DNA from: Caecitellus pseudoparvulus
Taxonomy: Eukaryota; Protista; Bigyra: Bicosoecida
Length of the DNA stretch: 64,000 nucleotides
Assembly (NCBI GenBank): GCA_965644315.1
Contig: CBFFRQ010000046.1
Coordinates: forward strand, 1-64,000
Direction of reading: 5' to 3'
The first letter of the stretch is position 1; the number at the start of each line of letters is the position of its first letter. Both the position numbers and the translations under genes were made by a program. Below are positions 1-11,327 of the stretch, one piece after another. Below the pieces are notes generated by a model. It was not told the DNA's origin. It made no database searches and was given only the letters and a program-made list of their open reading frames with translations.

Positions 1-341
1 AGGGCAAATGTAGGACAAACTGATATAAGGTCTAGCACTATGCTCAACATTCTTAGAGCAATTTTGCGTTCTTGGAGGTTTTGCGCAACAAGACCCGGCG
101 GGGGGGCTTCGCCAAAATTCAAATACTTCAAATTTGAGTTTTTTGTTTGATGGTGCCGTTGGCCGTTGGCGTTACGGGCACCGAAAGAAAACGGCCAATC
201 ACCCAAGGCCGTCTACCTCTTTCAGAATAAGCGCTGGCTCAAAAATTTCACGCAATTCATGGCCAACCTCAAGCTTTCTCATAACTTCCGCCATTTGTTC
301 GCCCGGTTTCCTCTTCCAAGCCGAATTCTCACCCAGTGGTG

Positions 342-2545
342 ATGGCGACGAAACGAGACCGATCCGGCGCCCCGTTGCGAACGGCCACAGCTGTCCCGGA
401 AAGGTCGTCACGCGGAATAGCTCAAGGAATTCTTGAAGCAAGTGCCCACATGATGAACCTTGGTGCGGCCTCACTTGTCACAGGGCAGTCGTTGCTTGTA
501 CACTCGGTGCATGCCTTGGCAGGCCAGCTTCGAGCCGAAGGCTACACCCGCAGGGATCAGCGGGAAGCGAAGTTCGGAGCAGCAAAAGGCAGAGGTAGGC
601 TTCGTAGGATCAAGCCACTTGTCATTCGCCAGTCTATTGAAGCGACGCTGCAGAACCCGAGGCACTGTTGGAGGTTAACGGGGATGAACGCAGAGATGTA
701 CAGGCACTTCTCTGACGAAGTCCAGAGAGCTCTCGTAAAGGCCAAAAACATGCAAACCAAGCAGCACTCAGCCTTTGTACGGATTTTCATTTGCATTTCC
801 CAGCTCCGTGGGCACCCTCCTGCCGCTCTGGCGATCATTACGAAGATGCCGGAAGGATCTATGCATGGGATCTTCCGGGAGGTGATTCCCTTCGTCCTCT
901 CTGTTGCCACCAGAAATTTGATGCTCAAGATACCCGAAGATCAGCGGGACGTGTCTCACGGGATTTTTGGCGGCGCACTTGGCCGTGTTGTCGGGGCAGT
1001 GGATGGGGTAACCATCCCGATGCAAGCGATGCCGGGCCGACCCCAATCCCACTACAACGTCCACCACAAGATTCCAGGTTACGACTTCCTGCTTGTGACA
1101 GACCTCACTGGAGTTCCCTTGGCTATTTTTGAGATGGGGCCTGGATCACAGTCTGAAGTTGCGGCGGCGTCAGACGCGGTGCGAACCCTGCGCCGCCATG
1201 GAGTCATGGAGCCAGGCGATCTGCTGCTAGGAGATGCATTGTACTGGCACTCCAACAAGCACATTGTAGCGGGAGACAAGCCATCCCACCTCAAACAGTG
1301 GGCCGACAAGATCACCCAGCACATTGAGGCTGGGTGGGAGGATGCCGAAGAGCTCGAGAGGCTGCGCATGGCGTCTGGGATGCTGCTTAGCTTGGATCTG
1401 CGAACGGAGATGATAAGCAGCGCAAGGCTTGTAGTGGAGAACTGCAACAACGTCATCAAGTCGTTCAATGGTAGGTTGAGCGAAAGACACTCACAGATGC
1501 CGTTCCTCGCAGACCAAAAGGCACTTCTGCTCTTGACGGTCAAGGCGGTCACAGGTCTTGTTGCATTTCGGATGCTTTACACTCGTCGCAGCCTCCGAAG
1601 CGAGTCATGGCTGCTTCGAAAGAATCACTCGTTGAGCTTGCTCCATCTCACTGTAAAGGCCGACCGTGCATTAGGGGAGGCAGCAGATCGCACATTTGAA
1701 GACCTGCCCCGACTGATGCAAGTCCGGCGCAACAAGCGACCCATGAAGGTGGCTTATCAGGCCGTTGCCAAAGCTGTGCGTGATGCACAAGGGGAATCTG
1801 CGCCTGAGGTTGAAGCCCAGCCCCCTCGCGGGGCCTCGTCAGAGCTTTGGGAGCAGATCCAAACCATGACGACGCTGCTCCATGGACTTGATCGCGAGGT
1901 GCTGCAGGACCTGGACCAAGGGGGCTTGTCATCCTTGAAGAAGAGGAGCAAGAAGCCCGGCACAGCATCTGCTGTGCCGGGTCAACCCCGTCATACACGG
2001 AGTCGAGGCAGTGCACAACAGGAAGTCATGCCACGACTGCGAAAGTGGTTTCACGGGATGGTCCTTCGGCAAAACGAACCTCTCATGTACTCGGGGGGTC
2101 ACAACCCGAGCGAGGCTACGCAGTGTTGGTCCACCCCTACACCGCAATGTGGGAGGTGTACTACTACCACGAGGATGGAACCGAGGAACAAGAGCTGCAC
2201 TCCTCGGGAGCAGCGACGCACTTGTACAACACACTCCCTCTGATCGCAGAGAGGTTGGCATTGGACAAGAACTGCACTCCAGTGGAGCTTAGCCTGTTGC
2301 AGTGTCCGGGATCTGGTTTGGAGGACAGCCCGCTCGTGGAGTTTGCGTCTGGACTTCTCCTTGAGGGTGACCCTTGTCTGGACCCGGACTCGATAGCGCG
2401 GATGACCATCGACCAGCTTCGCCAACGATGTGAAGAAACGGGGTTGTCTTGCATTGGTACGAGGGGCGACCTCGTTCACCGGCTGACACTTTCCTGCGCT
2501 TCGCAAGGCACAGCCACGGCAGCGGGATCTGCCCTACCGAAGTGA
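342..2545 (+). CDS. PIF/Harbinger-superfamily (DDE_Tnp_4) transposase, apparently continuing via a -1 shift near 2093-2098 into a C-terminal SAP domain
   Basis: ORF 336..2243 (ATG 342) has the catalytic motifs GAVDG (D at 1002), LLLGDALY (D at 1233) and SSARLVVENC (E at 1437), typical of DDE_Tnp_4. Overlapping ORF 2045..2545 ends in MTIDQLRQRCEETGLSCIGTRGDLVHRL, a SAP consensus. One extra G in the G6 run joins the two frames. Confidence 0.85.
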
Positions 2546-2714
2546 GCTCGAGGACACCACCCCTCTCAATGGTGTCTTCCCCCTGGCCCACCCGGCAGCG
2601 TGCATTGATCAGCAAAGCCGTGTCTCGCTCCTGTTCCCTCCTCTGATCACCATACACAACAAATACAATGACTTTACACTCGGGACGGAAGGAGTGAAAG
2701 GTGTGTCCCCTGGA

Positions 2715-3806
2715 TCATGCAAGACGAGCCTCTATCCGTGTCACTGCTTGCTCGATCGACGTCATCCTGTCCAAGAGCTGGACAAGAGCCTCCTTCAGAG
2801 TGTCGTGCATGCGTTGAGAGTCCCTTGACACATCGAAGCACTCTTTTGCTTGTTGGGCAGCCTTTCGAAGCACTGCAGCGCTGTGAAACAGACCGCTTGG
2901 GTCACTGCCGCGGTTTCCAGCATTGCGTCTTGATGCTGAAGCCTCAGTTGCTTGTGCTACTGCTGCGATTGCAGCGTCTTGCTCCTCAAGAGACAGAGCG
3001 GTCTCGACAGACAAGAAGGGGACTGCCGCGGGGTCGATCTGACATGCCGCCTCAGTAAGTTCATCAACCAGCGTATCAGCAATGTTGCTAGGGGTACCCG
3101 CCTGTCCCGGGCTTGGGGTCTGAGCTCCTCGAACCGATTTGGACCGTGGTCGATCGAGGGCCGGGGACGTACGCTGACGCTTCCGTCGGCTTCGCTCAAG
3201 CTTTGGGTTCACGCGAACAGCCATGCGCACCACTGAATGGTAACGAATGTACCCGAAAGCTGCTGCGAAGCGTGCAACTTCTTCACTTCCCGGAGTCAGG
3301 GTGGGGCCAAGGCACGGACCTGAGTGAGCCTCCTGGTTGTGAACATGTACCCGCAGCAAGGCTGAAAATGGGAGCAATGCTGGATCAGAAGGGCATTTAG
3401 TTGGATCCTCTGGGAATGCCACGGCTGGATTTTCCACTGCATGCTCTGCAAGAAGCTCAAGGGCCTGGATGGCTTCCTTGAGTCCCCGTCGCAGTCTGCC
3501 CTTCAATTGCAGGTTGTGGAAAGTCCTCTGTACAGACTTCCCGTTCTTGCGGTCTGCCAAGAAAGCTGACAACTTTGCTTGGGCATGTGCAGCAGACCAG
3601 TACAGCCCTGCAGGGCCCACGTTTCCCTCTGTTGGAACGCCAAGGTATGCAGCTGCATGCTCAGGCCGCACCAGCCATGAAACGCCACCGGGGACGTCCA
3701 CGGTTCCGGCTCCCGCGCTGATCAATCGCTCCAAGAACTTGATAAACTGGGTCTTTTCTGCAGCTTTATGCGGAAGAGCATCGACAAGGGACCCACCTTC
3801 GTCCAT
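2715..3806 (-). CDS. Putative transposon partner protein (ORF2): NLS, C-terminal coiled coil, possible N-terminal winged-helix
   Basis: Intronless 363-aa ORF convergent with the transposase, as in two-gene Harbinger elements. Basic RSRRKRQR motif; heptad C-terminus LVQLLDRMTSIEQAVTRIEARLA. Confidence 0.65.
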   Translation of the reverse strand: MDEGGSLVDALPHKAAEKTQFIKFLERLISAGAGTVDVPGGVSWLVRPEHAAAYLGVPTEGNVGPAGLYWSAAHAQAKLSAFLADRKNGKSVQRTFHNLQLKGRLRRGLKEAIQALELLAEHAVENPAVAFPEDPTKCPSDPALLPFSALLRVHVHNQEAHSGPCLGPTLTPGSEEVARFAAAFGYIRYHSVVRMAVRVNPKLERSRRKRQRTSPALDRPRSKSVRGAQTPSPGQAGTPSNIADTLVDELTEAACQIDPAAVPFLSVETALSLEEQDAAIAAVAQATEASASRRNAGNRGSDPSGLFHSAAVLRKAAQQAKECFDVSRDSQRMHDTLKEALVQLLDRMTSIEQAVTRIEARLA

Positions 3807-4247
3807 TTTCTTCTCCAGCCAGCTTGAGGCAATCTAGGCGTTTCATTTGAAACGGGTTTGTGGGGTACCACACCTACAGCAGCAAGATCCAGCGCCAAAA
3901 CTCACTGCGAAAAGGGTCAGTACAACGTCATCTGGGACTGGGACTCCTCTGGGTTTTACGATTCCGCGTTGTACGGCATCCTGTTGGCCATTCGGGGTTG
4001 TTGAGTGGGGTTGGGAACCATGCTGGCTCCCGCCAGCCGGATGGGCGGCCATCTGGAAAGAATCCAAGCCAAAACTAAAGTCCGTAGTACTGGGATAAGT
4101 TGTGCAGCTTTTAGTATGCTCTGAGTTGGATTTGAGTGAAGTATCATTTTATTCCTGCAAACCGATTTCCGCAATTCTCACTTGCCAATCACTACGACCT
4201 ACAGCAAAACCTGCATCAGGCTGGCGAGTGCAAGCGATTGATTCCGC

Positions 4248-5468
4248 ATGAAGTACATATCGATCAGTTTTTGGTGGGGTTCCCAACTCAAATATCCCAA
4301 GAATCCTCATTTCGCCATTTCTGATATAAGCCTGAACTCCTACAGTAGTCAATCAGCAATTTCTTACTGTAAGGTTTCACGAGACCTAGCTGTTGGCAGC
4401 TTGCCCCTTTCAGATGTTGATACGTTGGGTGCGCACCTGTCTCAGCTGCGAGCCATACTGCTGGCACGAGAAGTCACGCTTGGGCGAGCATTCTGGAACA
4501 GGAAGGGCTTCTTCATCCTTGGTGGAACTCTAGTTGCGGTGGCGCTTGGTTTGGTGCAGATCATGTGGTGGGAGTTCGAGTTCCAGCAAGCTTCACGGGC
4601 AGAGGCGCGGCGTGTGGGTACACCATACGCTGAAGGCTTGCGGGTGCAGCTCATCAAATCTGTGGCAGCTGCGTACACAGTTGCAAGCCTCTTTTCAGCT
4701 AGCGATGGCTTGGCCCGCGAAGCATGGGAACAGTTCGATTCCCTGGCAGGCACGTTACGCTCAACGTACGGCGGCATTAGTAACTTACAGCTGGCACCCT
4801 GTGCAGTTGTGACAAAGATATCTCCTCTGGCTGGAAACGAGGGAGCAATTGGGTACAGGCTTCTGGAAGACCCCGACCCCAAGAAGGTCAAAGCAGCCAT
4901 CGACACGATTGTCGCTCGGCGCCTAACATTTGTCGGCCCTCTCAGCCTCATCCAAGGTGGCACTGCCATTATTGGCCGGTATCCAGTCTTTACATCCCAG
5001 CCAAACAACTGCACCTACCAGACTCCTGGTGTCCCGACAAACTTTTGGGGCTACGCAAGTATGCTCACTACCATTGACGATTTGCTCTCGGGCATGTCCC
5101 TGGGGCAGCTCTCAAAAGACGGATTTGACTACGCCATCACAGCTCCTGGGTGGGGACCACTCGTCGGCACCCCCCACCCTTCTGCAGAAACGATTCCCAT
5201 TGACTTTGCGGACGGGACAGACTTTGTCTTTGCATCATGGAGCCTCCACATCATGCCGAGAGCTGGCTGGCCACCAACCAGCCCAACTCTTCCTTGGAAA
5301 CTTATCAGCCTCGTCCTTGCATGTCTCAGCGGCATCTTCACATCATATGCGCTGCTCTACCGTAGTATTGTACTGGGCCGAGCATTAGCGTTCATCGATG
5401 CTCTGATGGAAGCCGCTGCTCAAGGAGCAACCAACCGCTCATCCTCCAAGAGAGCATCAAGTACCTGA
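4248..5468 (+). CDS. CHASE-domain membrane protein with two TM helices and no cytoplasmic output domain
   Basis: TM1 FFILGGTLVAVALGLVQIMWW; CHASE motifs LQLAPCAVVTKISPLAGNEGAIG, GPLSLIQGGTAIIGRYPVF, FWGYASM; TM2 LISLVLACLSGIFTSYALL; stop ~35 aa later. Start uncertain (possible in-frame intron 4369..4413). Confidence 0.8.
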   Translation: MKYISISFWWGSQLKYPKNPHFAISDISLNSYSSQSAISYCKVSRDLAVGSLPLSDVDTLGAHLSQLRAILLAREVTLGRAFWNRKGFFILGGTLVAVALGLVQIMWWEFEFQQASRAEARRVGTPYAEGLRVQLIKSVAAAYTVASLFSASDGLAREAWEQFDSLAGTLRSTYGGISNLQLAPCAVVTKISPLAGNEGAIGYRLLEDPDPKKVKAAIDTIVARRLTFVGPLSLIQGGTAIIGRYPVFTSQPNNCTYQTPGVPTNFWGYASMLTTIDDLLSGMSLGQLSKDGFDYAITAPGWGPLVGTPHPSAETIPIDFADGTDFVFASWSLHIMPRAGWPPTSPTLPWKLISLVLACLSGIFTSYALLYRSIVLGRALAFIDALMEAAAQGATNRSSSKRASST

Positions 5469-8132
5469 AGTGGACATACCAACAATGCAAGCACCTACTC
5501 CAACTAAGCTAACAATACTTACCCAGTGAATACTTGAGCGAATCTTTGCCGGCAAGTGCCTATGAATAGGTCGTCATACATGCAACGGCATTCTCATTCA
5601 AACTCAAAACAAGCCTCTTTCCATACCAGGAAAGAACAACGATACTGGAACAATCCTGGGTTCAGCAAGACCCGTGCAGGAAACATGATGGTAGGAAACA
5701 CTTAAAATTCTCGTTTCTGGCGCTTGTCACACCTGTCTGGACTGCGTTCCTCGACGCATATTGTGGTAGTCTACCGAAGAGCAATGTCGACTTTCCTGCT
5801 TCATTCTGCAGGGCATTTGACTGAAGAGGGCTTGCTTTACCCTTCGGGATTTCCGCCTGGCATAAAGAGGAATAAAAATATGCTGGGACAAAGCACTCTA
5901 TCAAGAATGGAAAGCAAGATAACACGCCTCGCTTTCGTTGCGGCTCCAGTACACGTGTGCTATAGTCAAACGTGATGGCTGACTCACTACGTCAGAAAGC
6001 AAGCATTGTTTAATGAGCAAACACTTCGGCAATGAGCCTTTCTGGTTTGGTTGACGATACCATGGAACACTCTTTGTTGCCCTCTTACACATGTACATAC
6101 ATGAACACAACAATGTACCTTTCAGACTTAAACTATCTACAAGTCGATTGCAGCCTATCTGAAAGAATACAGAAGAATGAATAACTCTTGCTTCCTTTTT
6201 CATTTGGCATCCTCGCAAACAAAAAGCACATTGCCATACTGTGAGAGGAAAGTGGACTGAACTTGAAGTGCACAATTTGAAGAACCGATCCTTAAATCTG
6301 CAAGCATTTCGTCCCCCAATCTCCTTTTCAACTCATCAGTACTAGCTTTCAAACGTTCGCAGCTACATGTCTCACAATCCTCCGTACCGTGCACGGCAGT
6401 TCACATTACTCAAGTCCTGCAGCCTTCATCAACGTGTCAGAAAATGAAGACACCCCTGTTCATAAATTGGCTGACACATACGGTATCAATGTTCGTTTAG
6501 TATTCCCTTCGGCGATATGCAGAAGTTTCACCTCACTCTATGCTTTTTTAGAAGAAATGCGGGATTTAACGTGCTTTGAGGCATAATGAACCAGGAATGT
6601 CAAACTTCAAAGAAACCTCAACATTGTTATCCCTACGAAAATGCAAGGTTTTTTCTGTATGGTCGACTTGAACCGAGTGTTTTGTATGGGATACAAGTGT
6701 AAAAGCACGGAAGCGGTTGTCTGTATCCAAGACTATGAGCTGGAAACGTTATCAACGCTAGACTGAAACAGCTCCCACGAGAGCTCAATTGTTTTAAGAG
6801 GTTCGAGACTAGCAATGGCCAAGATCGTTAACGTATCAAGAAGCTTTGCAAACAATGCACCTCTTGAAGAACCTCTGGCGAGTTCAAAACTTTGGATTTG
6901 CAGCCTGAAAAATAACAAACAAAAGAACCTGCCAGTATACAAAGCACAGAATTTGAATGTATAAAGCAACGGTTCTTATTGCCCCACTTCCGATGCCAAC
7001 ATACTCATCCACGCTGAACAATGTGAGACTCTTTTGGTGACGATAAACTTCTACGGCTACCTTCCTTGCAGAATCTGCCCAAGTGGAGTGTCCCAATTCG
7101 GTAAGAACGCCATATCTCTGACTGATGTGATACAATCTCAGCAAGGGATACAATACTACATCTGTACAATGAGCTTGTCCCCATATCGAGGGAGCGTTGC
7201 GGGGTTTCTCTTAAATGTGTGATCATAGGTAGGAATTTTGACTTGAGATGGACAAGCATGTACTTTTAATGGCGTGAAGGTTGTCCTTTCCCGTAGCAAT
7301 GTGTTCCTCTTTAGGGATGTAGAACATTCTGTACATTTCCTTGGCGTTTATCTGGGAGAACGATGCGATCCTAGAAACGGGTAATTCTCGTTTTGTGTAC
7401 AACACCATTTCCTTGCATCAAATCTCTCGTTCTTTCATGGAATCAGTGTCGCAGGGTTGCAATGATAAGAGTATTTCTGAAGAATGCCCTTGACAATCCT
7501 CTACTCATTGCAGTACCACGTACACCGACAGTTCTCCCTAGATAATCTGACTTGGTCTCCCATTTTCTGAATGGTTGTCAGTATTCGCTGCAAGATCAAG
7601 GGGCCAGTTTTGCAGTTCACACTGCGTGTGTCCTGAATTCATGACGGTTGTACGAAGCGCTCAGGATGTGCATGAAATTCATGTCCAATCCCAGCCCTAC
7701 GGTAATGCAGAATGCTCCGGAAAGACGTCATTTGTTGTCAGATCATAGTTTCTTAGGATCGGTGGCAGCGTGCAGTGTTTAGGTGCCTTGAAGTTTATCG
7801 GGCATGTGATAGTGTAAGGCTCTCGGTTAAGATTCTGAACCAATTGTGCGATGGTCATCTGCAGAGTACACACAGGCTTTCATTGGCACACTTGTGAAGC
7901 ACAAGAGCGTGGGTGACCTCCCAAGAAACGTAGGGGATGTGTGTGGACAGGGGATCTCTGCCAATTGAGACGCAAGTGTTCTGCGAGAGATCCGTGCTAG
8001 CCTTGGCGAAGGGTGGAGAGGGTGCATGTGCCAAATTTGCTGCATTGACAATGACTGGCTGCCGAGGGCAGTTGTTGAGTGGCGCCATGAGAAGCCATCC
8101 TACGTGGTATGCAGGCTGTGGTGCCGTGTTTC

Positions 8133-9738
8133 TTAGGCAGTCATGCCGGAAGGCCCACCTCGGCCACGTCCACGTCCACGTCCACGGCCACGGCCACGGC
8201 CTCGCCCGCGGCCGCGAGGGGTCGTGCCTTGAACGGCCATTTCCACTCCATCGGCCAGCATCTTTGTGCGCATGGTGAGGTCCTTCGTGCGCTGCATGAT
8301 TTGGTGGTGCACGGAGGGGTGCTGGCCGCCCATGATGACTTGCGCAGCTGCTGTGTCGATGCGCGCAGCGAACTTGGCCTCGCGGATGAGGTTGACGACC
8401 CACGTCTCCGCCTCGTCCGTGTTCATGGACAGCTTCTCGGCAAGCATGGTGATGTCCAGTTTCTGGTGGATGAGGCAGAAGGTCTCGAAGACGAAGCGGC
8501 GAGCTCGCTCCAGGAAGCTGGAGATGAACAAGTCCTCGTCCTTGAACCCGGAGAGGAAGTAGTCCGAGCGAATGACAGATTCACACGCGGGCAGAAGTGC
8601 ACGCGCGGCGTCGAAGTCGTACTTGACCAAGAGCTCCTCCAGGAACTGCAGGATAGGGTCTGTGTAGTTGTACTTCTCCTGCCGGATGACTCGCAAGAGG
8701 GTGCGCGTCTCGGTGTGGTGCGAGGGAGACGCGATGACCACGGTCGCCAAGTACCGCAGCAGCCACGGGCAGTTTGTCTGGATGGCGTTCAGGTTGTCTT
8801 GCTGCAGGAAGAACTCGATGAGGTTCTCGCGGCCCTTTTCGTGGTTGAAGAACACGAAGAGAGACCAGTGCAGCAACCACGACCTGTGCTGCAGCAGCAT
8901 CTTCGGGTCCTCTACACGCCCCCTCGTCAGGGCTTTGCGCAGCTCAGTGCGGTCCAGGTTGGCCTCATCCCAGTGCTGCATCAGGATCTCAGACGCCAAC
9001 TTGCCCCACAGGGCCGTCAGGCTCTCCTTGCTGTCCTCCGGCACCAGTTTGCGGTAGAAGAAGAGGTAGCTGGCAGCGGTGTCGTAGCTGCCCATCTCAA
9101 AGTGTGCCTTGGCAAGGCGGTACAGCGCCTGCACGCATTCCTGTGTGATGCCGTGGTGCTCCTCCAGGTACTCGAAGGTGAAGTTGCCTTCGTCCATGAG
9201 GATGGCACATGTAGCCACGCCGTCTTCCTTTCCCTCGATGATGTCCACGAGGTCTTCTGCAGCCGCCTCCACGTCGTCAAACTCGTCCCCAACAGCAGCG
9301 TGCCACTCCAGAAGTTCCGCAGGCGGCTCCTCGCCGTGCACCTTCCTGTACTGCTCCATGGCGAAGTCAGACATCTTGGTCTTCTTCGCCAGCTCAAGGG
9401 TCGCAGCTTGCACGGCCTCTGCAGAGTACATCTGAGGGGCGCGTGGGGGTAAGGCAGCGTGCGGAACGAGTGTGTGCGCTGTGCGGCCCCTGCCAGTACG
9501 GCTTGCGCTCGCTGCCACACACCTCGCGCTTCTCCGCAAAGCTCAGCATAGGGAACATGAAGTGCAGGTCCAGAAAAGGGGCCAGCTTGGTCGTCAAATC
9601 GTGCTCTGCGGTGCGACAGGCGCAGGGGGTCATGGGGAGACCAGATAGCGTGACGCTATGAAACGCTGGCTCACCTGCTGAGGGGCCTGTCGTCGTTGCT
9701 GCGGCGCTTGCCGCAGATGCATCGGTGGAAGCCGCCAT
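8133..9738 (-). CDS. EIF3E: Eukaryotic translation initiation factor 3 subunit E (INT6); exons 9738-9675, 9605-9523, 9431-8133
   Basis: Spliced N-terminus EHDLTTKLAPFLDLHFMFPML; ALWGKLASEIL, RSWLLHWSLFVFFNH, LNAIQTNCPWLLRYL, PCI-domain FETFCLIHQ. GT-AG introns of 69 and 91 nt restore the frame. Confidence 0.95.
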
Positions 9739-9954
9739 GCCAAAGTACAGACAATTCGCCTGGGAGTGTGGTTGCTCACGATAGGGCGTAGACGAGCTGC
9801 CGAGGTAGGCAGCGGTGTTCCGTTGCAGCTGTGCTTGGCACTGGCGCTGCACGGGGGCGATGGTGGAGCCGCGCAGGTGCACAAAGCATGGGAGAGTGAC
9901 AGAAGCCCGTGTGGAGTGGGGGTGAAAAGTGTCTCGAAACTTGGCATTGCTGGG

Positions 9955-11327
9955 CTACCTTGCCCTTTCCCGCTGCGGGTGCTCCCCTTGCTGCACCGCA
10001 ACTCCCTCCCTCAGGAGTTCGCGCGTCTCATTCGCAGAACATCCTGCTAGCTCTCGCAACACTGACACTGTATGCTGGCCAGGCTCAGGGAGATCATGTA
10101 GGGTGCTGGGGGGGGCTTCGCCACCTTCCTCGTCGCGGCCTGGCCTGTACACAGCAGGCACTGACTGCGGCAGCCAGAGCGGTCCAAGGCTTGCTGGCAC
10201 GGCAGCGGGCACATGGTGCGCTGTGTCACCACTGGATGCATGCCCCATACCACTGTGCTGCACCTTGCGTAGGCGCCTGCCCACCGCGCTCCTGCTTTCC
10301 CAATGGGGCGACGTTGGCATCTCAGACAGGGTGACAACGGGGGTAACGCACGCCTGCTGAGCATCACCTGTGCTGAAGTGCGAAGTCCAGTGCGCTTTGC
10401 TTTCGCTTGCAAAGGCTGTCTGCAGGTGTTTGCGGATGGTCGGCCAAGCTGAAGGGTCCATCTGCGACTCGCACATGAACTCCATGTCAGCTGGGGCTGT
10501 GCCAAGTGCTGAGAGGAGGCTTCGAAAGAAATGCGGTTCCAGCGCGCCAACAGCCATGTATCCGCCGTCACAAGTGGCGTACGTCTCGTAGAAGGGCGCG
10601 CCCGTGTCCAGTAGGTTGCAGCCTGGCGGCGCAGAGTGCAGCCCCGCTGCCCGGAATTCCAGTAACAGCTGCGCCAGTAGCAGGCAACTGTCTGTCATGC
10701 TGACATCCACGACACTCCCACGACCAGTGCGCTGTGCACTCCACGCAGCCATGAGGATGCCTGCCACTGCCATGAGCCCGCCCCCTGCGAAGTCTGCCAG
10801 CAAGTTCGCCGGTGGGGTGGGCGCTGCGCCGCGCCGGGCCAGCAGGCTGAGGACGCCTGACGTGGCCAAGTAGTTGATGTCGTGGCCAGGACGGTGTGCA
10901 AAGGCACTGCTCTGGCCATACCCTGTGATGCGGGCCAGCACCATGTCTGGGCGCGCAGTGAGCAGCTCATGTGGCCCGGCTCCCGCCCGCTCCAGGACGC
11001 CAGGGCGGAAGGGATCCAGCACCACGTCGCAGCGAGAAGCCAGTCGCTTGAAGATGTCCACTCCTTTCTTCTGCTTCAAATCAAGCGCAATACTCTCCTT
11101 GCCCCGCCCAAGGAAGTCAGGGTAGAGTGCTGGTGTTGTGCGGTCCACACGCACTACTCGGGCTCCGTGTGCTTGCAGCAGCATCCCGGCGAAGGGAGCC
11201 GGTGCGAGCCCTGGGACCAAGAGCATGAAGAGGGCGCACGAAAACTCAATATTACACACAACTAGCTCTCACCTGCAAGCTCAAGCACTGTCATTCCCTT
11301 CAGGGGCTGCAATTGTCGAAACGCCAT
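9955..11327 (-). CDS. AMACR: Alpha-methylacyl-CoA racemase (CaiB/BaiF CoA-transferase III family); intron 11211-11272
   Basis: PLKGMTVLELAG|LAPAPFAGM, GKESIALDLK, DPFRPGVLER, GHDINYLA, NLLADFAGGG, NLLDTGAPFYETY, MAVGALEPHF. Confidence 0.92.

Larger units (their letters stand above)
1..4100. mobile_element. Two-ORF PIF/Harbinger-like (PHIS) DNA transposon; ends not resolved
   Basis: Transposase plus convergent ORF2, and GC lower than host genes. No convincing TIR pair found; the left end may lie outside the window and the right boundary is approximate. Confidence 0.65.

Noticed and set aside
199-474. Small divergent ORF upstream of the transposase as a third element gene
   Set aside because: Only ~31 codons from its internal ATG and no recognisable motif.
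20-4330. 10-bp direct match ctgatataag at 20 and 4321, and weak inverted similarity between ~31-62 and ~4080-4140, as transposon ends
   Set aside because: A match this short is expected by chance, Harbinger TSDs are 3 bp, and the inverted similarity is too degenerate to call a TIR.
5470-7830. Gene in an alternative genetic code within the low-GC island
   Set aside because: In the frames I translated, reading through stops gave no recognisable protein, and TGA, TAA and TAG all interrupt.
8109-9452. Long antisense ORFs over eIF3e, BRE1 (14680..16167), the ankyrin gene (31457..32986) and CHD (48778..50048)
   Set aside because: Shadow ORFs expected from high GC3 codon bias; no motifs of their own.
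9606-9674. Introner elements or intronic snoRNAs (7-bp hairpin in eIF3e intron 1; RPL22 introns)
   Set aside because: The introns I compared share no sequence, and no paired C/D or H/ACA boxes were evident.
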